In this document: one piece after another, positions 9,149-19,401 of the stretch
Layout of the letters: every line of letters begins with the position of its first letter
Numbering within the stretch: the first letter of the stretch is position 1
Assembly (NCBI GenBank): GCA_963840855.1
Contig: CAWJBB010000050.1
Location: forward strand, 1-64,000
DNA: 64,000 nt
Reading direction: 5' to 3'
From: an uncultured delta proteobacterium
Lineage (GTDB): Bacteria; Desulfobacterota; Binatia; UBA9968
Program-made: the position numbers and the translations under genes
Notes under the pieces: generated by a model
The model's database searches: none
What the model saw: only the letters and a program-made list of their open reading frames with translations
Told to the model about the DNA's origin: nothing

Positions 9149-10435
9149 ATGTCACAATCAACCGCACGCACCGCCGCCGGAGGGCAGCGCATCCTTGAAG
9201 CCATCAGCGCGCTCCGCCACCGAAATTACCGTCTCTATTGGTTCGGCCAACTATTTTCCGTGCTGGCGCAGAACATGGAACATGTCGCCCAGGGCTGGCT
9301 GGTGTTGGAGCTCACCAATTCTCCTTTAGCCCTCGGAGTTACGGGCCTGGCCCATGCGATCCCGACAATTACCTTGACATTGATCGGCGGCGCGATTGCC
9401 GACCGCGCCGACCGCAGGCGCATCATGATCGCCTCCCAGTGCTGCACGGCTCTTATGTTTCTGATTCTTGCGGTGCTGGTGCTGACCAATCTCGCCGCGC
9501 TCTGGCATGTCATGGTTTTAGCGTTTATCTCCGGGAGCATCCGAGCTTTCGACAGGCCCAGCAGGATGGCCCTACTGCCGCAAATGGTACCCAGGGAGGA
9601 TATTCCAAACGCGGTTGCCATCGGCGGCACGATCTGGCAATTATGCCGTCTCGTTGGACCGGCCGCAGCCGGCATTTTGATTTATCTTTTCGGCGTGGGC
9701 CCGACGTTTTTCACCTGTTGTTTGGCGTCGTCCACCGCGGTCAGTCTCTGGCTCGCCATTCGCGCGGACCAGCCCGCGCTCGCGGCCAGCGCCGGCGGTT
9801 TACGCAAGAATATGCTGGCCGGCGTTCACTTCATCCGCAACAACGAACTCTTCTACACGTTCATGGGCATGACGTTCTTCAACAGCGTTTTCGGCATGTC
9901 TTATTTGATCTTGATGCCGGTGTTCGCGCGCGACATTCTCAATGTCGGTTCCCAGGGATTCGGCTTCCTGCAAACCGCCGGGGGCGCCGGCGCGCTGATT
10001 GGCACATTGGCAGTCGCCTATTTATCCGACGCGCGCCGCCTACCCCTGCAAGCAGCGCGCGGCGCCGCTCTGTTCGGCGTGCTGCTGCTCCTTTTTGCCT
10101 ATTCACGCGCCTTTCCGTTCTCTTTGGCCTTGGCCTTCGTGCTCGGAATGTCGGGCCAGTTCTACATCACAGCTATAAACACAGTTTTGCAACTCAACTT
10201 ACCCGAGCAGTTGCGCGGCAGAGTCATGGGAGTCTATGGTTTGACCTGGGACTTGATGCCGGTTGGCGGAATGGTGGCCGGAACCATCGCCGAATTCGCC
10301 GGCGCCCCCGCTGCGGTAGCGGTGGGCGGGGCGTTCGTGTCCGGGCTCGCGCTCTGGGTCATCTCCATCGCGACGCGATTCGGTGCCGAGGAACGAAGCG
10401 AAGGGAAGGAAAGCGCGTCCATAAGACCGGGGTGA
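9149..10435 (+). CDS. MFS transporter (MFS_3/EntS-like)
   Basis: ALRHRNYRLYWFGQ, GAIADRADRRR, LRGRVMG; about 12 TM segments. Confidence 0.92.
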   Translation: MSQSTARTAAGGQRILEAISALRHRNYRLYWFGQLFSVLAQNMEHVAQGWLVLELTNSPLALGVTGLAHAIPTITLTLIGGAIADRADRRRIMIASQCCTALMFLILAVLVLTNLAALWHVMVLAFISGSIRAFDRPSRMALLPQMVPREDIPNAVAIGGTIWQLCRLVGPAAAGILIYLFGVGPTFFTCCLASSTAVSLWLAIRADQPALAASAGGLRKNMLAGVHFIRNNELFYTFMGMTFFNSVFGMSYLILMPVFARDILNVGSQGFGFLQTAGGAGALIGTLAVAYLSDARRLPLQAARGAALFGVLLLLFAYSRAFPFSLALAFVLGMSGQFYITAINTVLQLNLPEQLRGRVMGVYGLTWDLMPVGGMVAGTIAEFAGAPAAVAVGGAFVSGLALWVISIATRFGAEERSEGKESASIRPG

Positions 10436-10440
10436 AGTTT

Positions 10441-11427
10441 ATGGCTGAGAAGAAAGCCAAGAAAGCGCCGGGGGGGCCAAAGAAACGCCGCAAACTCGCC
10501 GGCAAAGCCATCGCCCTCGAAGCCAAAGAACTCCTTGACGAGCCGGCGCCGGGCAATGTGAGCGCGCTGCAAGAGACGATAAAAACCGACGGCGGCACCG
10601 TGCTCGCCTCGTACCGCGACCCCTTCGGCGGCAAGTGGCTGGTGCTGGCCGCGCTGCCGATTGAAAAAGTCGAGCCCACCCCCTATCAGCGCAATCTCTC
10701 TGATACGCACGCGCGTAAACTGGAAACGGTCATCGCTAAACTCGGCCGCTTCCTTGATCCGATTGTCGTCGTGCGCAAGGAAAGCAAAGAAAGCACCACC
10801 CGTTACTGGACGCCCAATGGCAACCATCGTCTGTCGGCGATGAAAACCCTCGGAGCGAAAAGCATCGTCGGCATTGTCGTTCCAGAAGCATCCACCGCGT
10901 ATCAAATCCTCGCGTTGAATACCGAGAAGGCGCATAATCTGCGCGAGCGGGCGCTGGAAGTCATCAAGATGTACCAGGAACTGGCGACCCTGGATGACGC
11001 GACCGAGGAAGCGTACGCGCTGGAATTCGAGGAGGCCGCGCTGATCACCCTCGGTCTCTGTTACCTCGAAAACGGCCGCTTCAGCGGCGGTGCCTATCAC
11101 CCGATCTTGCGCCGATCGGACCAATTTATAAAAAAGTCGCTCCACGCGGCGTTGGCAACGCGCCGCGAACGCGCCAGCGCCCTGATCGATCTGGATAAGA
11201 CCGTAGTTGAAAAGGTCGAAGCGTTAAAGGCGAAAGGAATGACGAGTCCCTATCTGAAGAGTTTTGTCGTCGCTCGCATCAATCCGATACGCTTTAGGCC
11301 CAAAGACGCCGCGCCGCTTAGTTTCGATGAGGTCATGGAGCGCATGACGAAAGCCGCCGAGAAGCTCAACGTCGAGAAAGTCAAAGTCGAAGATCTCGCG
11401 AAATCCGGCGGCGCACCTGAGGATTAG
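10441..11427 (+). CDS. Orphan ParB/Srx N-terminal domain protein
   Basis: PIEKVEPTPYQR, LDPIVV and TPNGNHRL (GxxR) motifs; ATG at 10441 right after the MFS stop. Confidence 0.8.
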   Translation: MAEKKAKKAPGGPKKRRKLAGKAIALEAKELLDEPAPGNVSALQETIKTDGGTVLASYRDPFGGKWLVLAALPIEKVEPTPYQRNLSDTHARKLETVIAKLGRFLDPIVVVRKESKESTTRYWTPNGNHRLSAMKTLGAKSIVGIVVPEASTAYQILALNTEKAHNLRERALEVIKMYQELATLDDATEEAYALEFEEAALITLGLCYLENGRFSGGAYHPILRRSDQFIKKSLHAALATRRERASALIDLDKTVVEKVEALKAKGMTSPYLKSFVVARINPIRFRPKDAAPLSFDEVMERMTKAAEKLNVEKVKVEDLAKSGGAPED

Positions 11428-11669
11428 TCGAGAAGCGACAAGAGCTCAATGATGACCGGCAGTGAATTCAAGATTCTGGCGAATCTCAAATCGAATTGTC
11501 GCAAACGTCTCACAATAACCTTGGGCGAGTGTTTTGGTTGAATCACTCGCTTTTGATCCTAGCGTTCCAACCAGAAACTTGGAACTAAAAACTAACCTAA
11601 CCCTGCGGATACGAGTGTGTCATGAGCTTACGCTCGCCCACAGATCATGAAAATGGAGGATTCTCCTTC

Positions 11670-11780
11670 GTAGCCCGGATGGAGCAAAGCGTAATCCGGG
11701 TTTCTTCATTCACGCGCGCCGTTGCCTCTGCCACGCTCCATGTCACCTTCCTGGATTCCGCTTCGCTCCATCCAGGCTAC
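11670..11780. repeat. GTAG-type REP doublet (REPIN-like)
   Basis: GTAGCCCGGATGGAGCAAAGCGTAATCCGGG ... CCTGGATTCCGCTTCGCTCCATCCAGGCTAC inverted pair. Confidence 0.8.
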
Positions 11781-11969
11781 AATTCTAAAGCCCAACCTCA
11801 CGCCCCGTATTTTCGAAAGAGGCACGAAGCGCACGACGGGTTTGGATACTATTTTCTCAAACTTCGTGACCTTCGTGGATTCGTGGTGAGTCCTCGTGAA
11901 ATGATGCCGGTTTCAAAGTATGGCGATCATAGGTTATTCGCCGGCTGGATGTCCAGCAAGTAATTACGC

Positions 11970-12032
11970 CGTCTAGAGTATAGAGTCTTGAGTCTCGCGT
12001 TAACACCAGACCCCAGACGCTAGACTCGAGAC
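11970..12032. repeat. 7-bp-period GTCTAGA/CTAGAC inverted array (similar copy at ~8890-8947)
   Basis: gtctagagtatagagtcttgagtctcg ... ccagaccccagacgctagactcgagac. Confidence 0.55.
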
Positions 12033-12172
12033 CTTTGAGCGTGCGCCTCACGGCACTTGACGCAAACTCAATACAAGTGCTTAGATCGGTGGCAATCGGC
12101 GTGCTATTCAGGAGCTACTGATAACAGCGCCGCAATGGCGCTTTGCGGGTCATCCGAAGGGAGGAACAAACC

Positions 12173-12901
12173 ATGGCTGAAAAGGAATATCTCGTCGGCA
12201 CGGTGCGTCCAACGAATCGTCCGGAGGCGGGCCAAGCGCTGGATCTCGACACTTTGATACCGGAAAAGATCAAGTTCGTCGCGCTGACGATGAACTTCAC
12301 CAGCGGCACTGCAGAAGAGTTCAGCAAGTCGATGCCAGGGTACGAAGCCAAGGCGGCGGAATTGGCGAAGATGGGCGCCCACCTGGTTCGTCCCAGCGGC
12401 GCGCCGCCCTTCATGCTTCTGGGCTACTTGCGCGAACAGGAACTCATCGCCAGCTGGGAGAAAAAATACGGCGTGCAAATGTTCACGTCGGGACAGAACC
12501 ACGTGCACGCTCTGCGCACCCTGGGGATTAAGAAATTTGTCGGCGCCAGCTATTTTCCCGAGCAGATGAACAACATCTTCGCGCGCTATTTTACCGACGC
12601 GAAGTTTGAAGTGCTGTCCATGGAAGGCATTGACTCGCCATTCGCCGATGTCCCCAAGGTGCCGGCGACGGAGATTCTCGAATTCATGAAGCGTATCGCC
12701 GCCAAACACAAAGAGGCCGAAGCCATTTATATGCTCGGCTCGGCGTGGAAGACCCTCGAGATCATCGAACCGTTGGAAAAGTCCACCGGGTTGACCGTCG
12801 TGCACGCCGGCCCGGCGCGCTGCTGGGAGACGCAACTTCGTTTAGGCGTGCGCCATCCGATCAAGGGATACGGAAAACTACTCGCCGAGATGCCGAGCTA
12901 G
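12173..12901 (+). CDS. Asp/Glu racemase / maleate isomerase / arylmalonate decarboxylase-like protein
   Basis: Family layout (..ALRTLGIKK.., YF..A.FEVL, IIEPLEKSTGLTVV, GYGKLL); GGAGG RBS. Confidence 0.8.
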   Translation: MAEKEYLVGTVRPTNRPEAGQALDLDTLIPEKIKFVALTMNFTSGTAEEFSKSMPGYEAKAAELAKMGAHLVRPSGAPPFMLLGYLREQELIASWEKKYGVQMFTSGQNHVHALRTLGIKKFVGASYFPEQMNNIFARYFTDAKFEVLSMEGIDSPFADVPKVPATEILEFMKRIAAKHKEAEAIYMLGSAWKTLEIIEPLEKSTGLTVVHAGPARCWETQLRLGVRHPIKGYGKLLAEMPS

Positions 12902-12924
12902 ACACTCGCAACCTTTTCTATGAC

Positions 12925-13079
12925 GAGACCGTGTCGCAAATCCGTTCATGGTTTCCTTCGACTTCGCTTCTCAGGACAGGCCGGCTCACCACGAACGAAT
13001 GGCGTCACTTCGAAATTCAAACACTTGGCCGTTCGTCCTGAGACCTCCAAGGGCGGACGGCCAATTGTGACATAGTCTC
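12925..13079. mobile_element. MITE-like element with imperfect 15-bp terminal inverted repeats and an internal REP-like palindrome
   Basis: GAGACCGTGTCGCAA vs TTGTGACATAGTCTC (12/15 complementary); internal ctcaggac..cgaacg / cgttcgtcctgag. Confidence 0.6.
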
Positions 13080-13117
13080 GACAGGAGAAAGTGTTAAGTA
13101 GGGAGAAAAATTACATA

Positions 13118-14146
13118 ATGCAATCTCGCCCATTCTTAACAGGTCTAGTTGGCGCGGCCTGCATTTTGTTGACGCAAGGAAGCCGTCTTTTCGCCGGCGC
13201 GCCTTACTACGAAGGCAAAGCGATTCGCATCATCGTCGGCACTTCGCCGGGCGGCGGTTATGACACTTACACGCGTCTGATCGCGCGTCACTTTGGCAAA
13301 TATATTCCCGGCAATCCGACCATTATCGTCGACAACATGCCGGGAGCCGGCGGCACGTTGTCGGCCAACCATCTGTTCAAAGTCGCCAAAGGCGACGGCC
13401 TGACCATCGGCCACTTCGTCGGCGGACAGTTTTTGCAGCAATTGCTCGGCCGCCCCGGCATCGAGTTCGACGCGCTCAAGTTCGAGTATATCGGCGTGCC
13501 GGCGCAAGATCATTTCGTGTTGGGCATCGCCAAGGCGAGCGGTGTTACGACGATAGAGCAGTGGCTCGCGTCGAAGACGCCGCTAAAATTCGGCGCCATC
13601 GCACCGGGGGACGGAACTTACGACATCCCCAAAGTCGTGGAAGCTACTCTCGGCCTGCCGATTCAATTGGTGTCAGGCTATAAAGGCACGGCGCCGATTC
13701 GTCTCGCCTTTAACAGCGGTGAAGTCGCGGGCCTAAGCAACTCCTGGCAGTCATTTCGTTCTACCTGGCGCAACGAGTTGGAGAGTGGCGAAGTCATAAT
13801 GGTGGTGCAGGTCAGTCTCAAATCTCACGCCGACTTGCCCAAGGTGCCCTTGGCGGTAAACTTCGCCAAAACAGAGGACGCCCGCAAGCTGATCGCCGCC
13901 GTGCTTCAATCCCATGGCGCTGCGGTGCGCCCGTATCTGCTCCCTCCCGGGACATCGAAGAACCTGGTCGGGATTCTGAGAAAAGCGTTTGACGAGACGA
14001 TGAAGGATCCCGGGCTTCTCGCCGAAGCCGCCAAAGCTAACTTGGAATTCAATCCCGGCACCGGCGAAGAGTTGGAGAACAACGTCAGGGAGTTGCTTCG
14101 TATGGATGCGCCGCTAGTGGCAAAGCTCAAAGATATTTTGAAATGA
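13118..14146 (+). CDS. Tripartite tricarboxylate transporter substrate-binding protein (Bug/TctC)
   Basis: IVGTSPGGGYDTYTR, NMPGAGG and GYKGTA motifs. Confidence 0.9.
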   Translation: MQSRPFLTGLVGAACILLTQGSRLFAGAPYYEGKAIRIIVGTSPGGGYDTYTRLIARHFGKYIPGNPTIIVDNMPGAGGTLSANHLFKVAKGDGLTIGHFVGGQFLQQLLGRPGIEFDALKFEYIGVPAQDHFVLGIAKASGVTTIEQWLASKTPLKFGAIAPGDGTYDIPKVVEATLGLPIQLVSGYKGTAPIRLAFNSGEVAGLSNSWQSFRSTWRNELESGEVIMVVQVSLKSHADLPKVPLAVNFAKTEDARKLIAAVLQSHGAAVRPYLLPPGTSKNLVGILRKAFDETMKDPGLLAEAAKANLEFNPGTGEELENNVRELLRMDAPLVAKLKDILK

Positions 14147-14169
14147 CCGATGCGCTTATTTTTTCACAG

Positions 14170-14979
14170 CTACCCTCTCAGAAATTCTCTCATTATGCCA
14201 TGCACCTTTTCCGGTTCGGTGTATAAGTAGCTGTGACGCTCGCCAGAGAGAACCACCAGCTTGGAATTCGGGATACCTCGAGCGAGAAGATCCGCGCCCG
14301 CCCGGTGCGACATATCGCTGACCACGAAATGATCGTCATCGCCGACCAATATTAGCGTCGGCACGTTGATGTCTTTGAGCCGCTCGCTGGTGTCGTGCTC
14401 CTGGCGCGCCAGCACGTGGCGGAAGTAAAATTCCACCGGGCACAGATTGGCCATGCGCACCTGGAGATATTTTTCGATGCGATTCATGTGATTGCGCGCG
14501 TACACCTCGCTCCAGCCGACGACGATGGTGTGATCCCGCACGTACTTCTCATAACCCCACTCCACCATCTCTTTAGCGATGCGCAGGGGAATACCCCGGT
14601 CACCCGGATGCGCCGCACCGCTGGAGGCGAGAATCAGCTTGCTGACCTTGCGCGGATAATTTAGGGCGAGGAGTTGCGCGACTCTGCCGCCCATGGAATG
14701 GCCACAGACGACGGCGCCTTCAAGACCGAGATGATTCAGCACTGCTACGGCATCGTCCGCAAACATTTCCGTGCTGTATTTGGCCGACGGTTTACCGGAC
14801 AATCCCGTGCCGCGATAATCGAGGATCACGACACGGTGGTCACGCGAGAATTCCGGAACCTGGTACAGACTCCATACCGCGCCGTCGCAGGCGGTCTCGC
14901 TGAGAAAAACAAACGGTGTGCCTTGTCCTGACGCTTCGTAATAAATTTCCACCCCATCTTTGGCTTTGACGTGCGGCAT
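14170..14979 (-). CDS. Alpha/beta hydrolase
   Basis: DYRGTGLS, GHSMGG nucleophile elbow, PTLILVGDDD, C-terminal His. Confidence 0.92.
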   Translation of the reverse strand: MPHVKAKDGVEIYYEASGQGTPFVFLSETACDGAVWSLYQVPEFSRDHRVVILDYRGTGLSGKPSAKYSTEMFADDAVAVLNHLGLEGAVVCGHSMGGRVAQLLALNYPRKVSKLILASSGAAHPGDRGIPLRIAKEMVEWGYEKYVRDHTIVVGWSEVYARNHMNRIEKYLQVRMANLCPVEFYFRHVLARQEHDTSERLKDINVPTLILVGDDDHFVVSDMSHRAGADLLARGIPNSKLVVLSGERHSYLYTEPEKVHGIMREFLRG

Positions 14980-15173
14980 GACCTTCCCTCCTTGTTGTCA
15001 ATTCTAGATAGACCAGAAGGCCGGTCGGTAACAAGTGATCCGTTTCGCCAAACCAGGGTCTCGTTAAAGTCGTGTTGAGCAGATGAAAATCCCTTTACAA
15101 AGGGAGACTATTGACAGCCATCGGCCATTTCCTCTATGCCTCAACCCAGCAAACCCATTAACCGAGGCAATTT

Positions 15174-16202
15174 ATGGCGAAGCGTTATGTCGACTGCGAC
15201 GGTCATGTCATGGAAAACTTTGACGAGCTGATCAAGTTCGTCGGCGATCCGTTCAAAACCACCGGGCACATGAATCCGCGGCGCGTCCTGCCGGCGCTGG
15301 ACCGCTTTCACACGCCGCGTTTGGAGGAACGCAAGCCCGGCACCTTCGATCCCACCGTGGGACCTGAGAAGTGGCTCATGTTTCTCGAAAAAACCGGTTT
15401 GGAGTCCAGCGTGCTCTTTCCCACCGATGGCCTGGCTTACGGACAGGTGGTATTTCCTGCCTGGGCCATCGCTTACGCCAAAGCCTACAACGACTGGTTG
15501 CACGACAAATATCTCAAATTCAACTCCCGGTTGAAGGGAATCGCTTTGATCCCGCTCCAAGATGTGCCCAGCGCGGTCACGGAGCTTAGGCGCGCTGTGA
15601 AAGAGCTGGGGATGGTAGGCGCGATGCTGCCGTCCAATGGCCTCACCCCGCATCTGAGCGCGAAACATTTCTGGCCCGTTTACGAAGAAGCGGAAAAACT
15701 CGATTGCGGTTTGGCCGTGCACGGCGGTTGTTACGGTGACTTGGGTTTTAATAGTTATACAGTGTTTCCCGCCACCCGGGCCCTCGGCATGCCGGTCCCG
15801 CTGGCCATCGCGGCCACCGGCATGATCGTCGATGGCGTATTCGATGCCTTTCCCAATTTGCGCGTCGGTTTCTTAGAGGGCGGTACGAGCTGGATCCCGA
15901 TGGTGCTCGACCGCCTCGAACGGGAGTTGGAATACGGCGGTCTGCGCATCAAGCGCAAACCCTTGGATTACTTTACCGGGGGCAAGATCTTCGTTGGCTG
16001 CGAGGGCAACGAGAAGGCGCTAGCCTACGCCATCGAAAGGGTCGGTCCGGAGCCATTTATGTTCGCGTCCGATTTCCCGCACGAGATTTCCCTCGACAAT
16101 TGCATGGAAGAAATCGACGAAATCGTTGAGCGCAAGGACCTGAAAGCAGAGCATAAGGGTGCGATCCTGGGCGACAACGCCCGGCGGTTTTATAAAATTT
16201 AG
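15174..16202 (+). CDS. Amidohydrolase_2 family protein
   Basis: DCDGH, AYNDWL, LAVH, LEGG and FASDFPH motifs. Confidence 0.9.
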   Translation: MAKRYVDCDGHVMENFDELIKFVGDPFKTTGHMNPRRVLPALDRFHTPRLEERKPGTFDPTVGPEKWLMFLEKTGLESSVLFPTDGLAYGQVVFPAWAIAYAKAYNDWLHDKYLKFNSRLKGIALIPLQDVPSAVTELRRAVKELGMVGAMLPSNGLTPHLSAKHFWPVYEEAEKLDCGLAVHGGCYGDLGFNSYTVFPATRALGMPVPLAIAATGMIVDGVFDAFPNLRVGFLEGGTSWIPMVLDRLERELEYGGLRIKRKPLDYFTGGKIFVGCEGNEKALAYAIERVGPEPFMFASDFPHEISLDNCMEEIDEIVERKDLKAEHKGAILGDNARRFYKI

Positions 16203-16384
16203 TAGGCCGCTGAAAAAGACTAATAGTTCAAATCGTTTCGAACGTCTTGAACGCCACATACGTTCCCGTTCGGTTATCAGTGGCGAGGGAAAAAGTCGGG
16301 CCTTCTCATCGCCAGCCGAACTCCCGCTAAAAAGACGCGTCAATGGGCAGTTGATGCCTGCTTTTAGATCGAAAGGAGCCTCAA

Positions 16385-17098
16385 GTGCCAGGTTGGAAAG
16401 CGCGCATTGGTTATCTGTCGCCATCGGTTTTTGAAACGCCGTCGGACTGGGATCTCATCCTGCCGCAAGGCTTTACCATCGTCTCGTCGGGCTTGAACGT
16501 CCAAGCCCATACCATCGAAGAATTCAATAAAGCCATCGACGCGCTGGGTACCGGACTCGGGATATTCAAAGCCGAAGAATGCGACGCCATTCTCATGGGC
16601 GGCATCACCTTGGGCACGCAGCGCGGCTACGCCGCCGAACAAGAGGTGGTCAGTAAACTGTCCAGGCAAGTCGGTTTGCCGGTGAGCACGGCCATGAACG
16701 CGACGGTGGAAGCGCTCAAGCACCTGAAAGTCAAAACTACAGTGATCGCCACAGCTTACAAAGAAGCCATCAACCAGGCCGTCAAGAAATACTACGAAGA
16801 CGGCGGCGTTAAAGTTCTCGCCATCCATGGGCTGGAAGTTTCCAAACCGGTGGATCAAGCCAAGCTGCCCGATTACGCTTCTTACAAAGTTGCTCGCGAA
16901 CTGTTCCGCGAGCATCCCGACGTAGATAGCCTATTGATCCAAGGCCGCTGGCGCTCCGTCGCCCACGTGCAGGAACTGGAAGACGACACGCAAAGACCGG
17001 TCGTCGCCAGCACCGCGGCATCTCTCTGGTGGGTATTGCAAACCCTCGGGATGAAACCCCGCATCGAAGGCTTCGGCAAACTGTTGCGGAAATCATAG
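16385..17098 (+). CDS. Asp/Glu racemase / maleate isomerase-like protein
   Basis: GWKARIG, ATVEALKHL, LE.DTQRPVVAS and GFGKLL motifs. Confidence 0.82.
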   Translation: MPGWKARIGYLSPSVFETPSDWDLILPQGFTIVSSGLNVQAHTIEEFNKAIDALGTGLGIFKAEECDAILMGGITLGTQRGYAAEQEVVSKLSRQVGLPVSTAMNATVEALKHLKVKTTVIATAYKEAINQAVKKYYEDGGVKVLAIHGLEVSKPVDQAKLPDYASYKVARELFREHPDVDSLLIQGRWRSVAHVQELEDDTQRPVVASTAASLWWVLQTLGMKPRIEGFGKLLRKS

Positions 17099-17240
17099 TC
17101 CGGTTCCGTTAATTGTGCTCGCAACTCGCCCGATGCTACGCGGGCGTCAAGTTGCGGAGACGTTGCGTAATTCCCCAAGCGAGAAACTCAACGGTGGGGT
17201 CTTATGGTCGATGCAAAGGATTTCAATGTAGAGCCAACGC

Positions 17241-17915
17241 TCAGAACACCGCGTGTGCTGCGCCGCGGAAATCAGTCGGATCCGGCAGCCCCTTTTTGCG
17301 CGCACTCTCTCGCGCTTTCTGATGATTCATGTCCGCCGGAATGAAACGCACTTTCTTGCCCAAACGCCGTGCTACAATCAGCTCATCTCGAGCTACTTCT
17401 CCACCGCCAATCCCGACTATGATGTCGCTGTTCTCGACCATCGCGTCAGAGGTAGGCGACAATCGCTTGGTGCCCTTCAGAAATCCCCCCCACGTCGCGT
17501 CTTGCACATAGAACACGTGATCAACATACGGTGACGGTTGCACGTTATACTGCTTCGCCTGCGCCGACACGATTCCCGTCGTAACGAACCCCTTGCGTTT
17601 GGCGATCTCGTACACACCGCCAATGCCTTCCGGTGTAGCCCCGATATTCACGATTGTCTTCCCCGGGTCGAACTCGCTAAGAATATGCTCCGCCTGTTTG
17701 AGCATTGAAGCTTGATCCTCATAGCCAGCGCCGGAATATCCCACAAACGTCAGTAGCGCCTTTTTTGTGCCCTGAAAGAAGACCCTGATCTCTTCCCTCG
17801 TCGCGTTCTTTCCCGCCCCCGTCTGCCCAAAGGCGCTCAGTGCAAAGAGCCATAGCAATAGCGTGAGCGATAGTGTCCTTGAACGACCGAACGCTTTACA
17901 TCCCTTCAATATCAT
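17241..17915 (-). CDS. Secreted hypothetical protein with a SLOG/LOG-like Rossmannoid fold
   Basis: Signal peptide; VNIGATPEGIG, MVENSDIIVGIGGG..ARDEL resemble SLOG motifs. Confidence 0.5.
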   Translation of the reverse strand: MILKGCKAFGRSRTLSLTLLLWLFALSAFGQTGAGKNATREEIRVFFQGTKKALLTFVGYSGAGYEDQASMLKQAEHILSEFDPGKTIVNIGATPEGIGGVYEIAKRKGFVTTGIVSAQAKQYNVQPSPYVDHVFYVQDATWGGFLKGTKRLSPTSDAMVENSDIIVGIGGGEVARDELIVARRLGKKVRFIPADMNHQKARESARKKGLPDPTDFRGAAHAVF

Positions 17916-18030
17916 CAGCGGGCCTGTTCTTCCTTGTTTACTTTAGCGACGAAAGCCGCGTTGCGGATATAGAATTCCACTTCACCGCACCAGCGCATAT
18001 GACTGCTCTGCTCTACGACACCGCTGGGGA

Positions 18031-18598
18031 CTACGCCTTAAGTGCTTCCGGGACCGGCATCTTCAGGGACGTCAAAACTTCCGCCGCCTTCGCCTTTAAC
18101 GCGGTCGCCTTAGCCATCGCATCCGCCAAGTTGCCACCCTTGGAAGCGTCGGTCGCCGCGCTCCATTGCTGGGTGATCTCGGCGAGCCCCGCTTTCGCCC
18201 CGGCCAGCGTTTCCGCCGTCATACCGGCAGGAAGTTTTTTGCTTTGCGACAAAATGTCCACCCGGCTCTTGATCGCTTCGACTACCTTGGGAAACCCGGC
18301 GCTAAACCCGCTCCACGCTTTAGTGAGCTCCTCCTTCTTCGCAGCCGCAGCGCTAACCACGTCCTTCGCCTTGGAAGTGAGCGCCGGAGCCTCGGACACG
18401 ACTGCCTTGTAGTCGCTCTTGTTGAATTTTTCCCTAAGCGCGGCGAGCCCAGATTCGAGCGAGGCAACCTGGTCGGGCACATATTTGCTCGCTTCGCCTT
18501 TCGCAGCGTTGACAGCCTCCTCTGCCGCTTTGAGCGCAGTTTCGGCAGGGCCCTTATCGCCGGCGCCGCAGCCACTCAGCAGCGCACCAATAAGAAGA
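18031..18598 (-). CDS. Ala/Lys-rich helical lipoprotein; start codon not evident
   Basis: The frame extends upstream of 18480 to LLIGALLSGC (lipobox) GAGDKGPAETALKAAEEA. Confidence 0.65.
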
Positions 18599-18835
18599 CT
18601 CTCCTTTCTGGCGGCATAAAACCGACCGTTATCCTTCTTACCTAGCCAAGCTACAAAATTTACCTTCTAACCTTCAAGAACGTTTTCTCGGGGCGCTTTG
18701 TTTGTTGTCTGGAAGCATAGTTGTAAGGACCTGCTGACAACTGTCAGGCTCTGTACGCGCTCGGCAGCAGCACCTAACCGCCCAACAGGAAATCCTTTGC
18801 CGCCGCGACATGGTGTCGGCGGCTGCCAAACAAAA

Positions 18836-19120
18836 CTAGGCTTTCGCCATCGCGTTCTTTATGAAGCCGATGATGACCATCAAGATTCCGCCGCTGACGC
18901 CCCCACTCGCGATATTGCCGAGTAGAGAGCCGAAGTCGAGTCCTCCGCCGCCGGCAGACGCTCCCATGGCTTGAAGAATTACACCGCCGAGTCCACCCCC
19001 AAGAATCCCGGCGATGGAATTGCCTAGCGTCCCCAAGCTTTGATCTTTGAGTAGCGCGCCCGCTATGTTGCCGCCGACCGCGCCGCTGATCAGATTAATA
19101 ATAAGGGTTATGATGTCCAT
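18836..19120 (-). CDS. Small Gly-rich membrane protein
   Basis: MDIITLIINLISGAVGGNIAG..SLGTLGNSIAGILGGGLGG; GGAGG RBS. Confidence 0.8.
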   Translation of the reverse strand: MDIITLIINLISGAVGGNIAGALLKDQSLGTLGNSIAGILGGGLGGVILQAMGASAGGGGLDFGSLLGNIASGGVSGGILMVIIGFIKNAMAKA

Positions 19121-19401
19121 GAAGACCTCCTTATTTTTCTGACTGTGTGACGTGAGACAAGGTGTGGAATTGTTATCTGTTTGCTGAGTAAACCGGAATG
19201 GACAAAACGCCGCTATCAGGAAAACCATGGTTTGAGGGTGCGAATTTCCTTAGGCCCACCGGCCCTTGGGGCGGCCACCTGCGTCGGCTTGTCAGAAAGA
19301 GTGCCCCGCAACAGCAGACTCGGATCGACCCCAAAAAGATCTCAGTCGCCTACGTGCAGGAACTGGCGTTTCTTGTGCCTCAGCCGGTGCGAAAGTACGT
19401 G

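Noticed and set aside
9238-11427. 729-aa ORF suggesting a long N-terminal extension of ParB
   Set aside because: The first ~400 codons are an Arg-rich alternative frame of the MFS gene; the real start is the ATG at 10441
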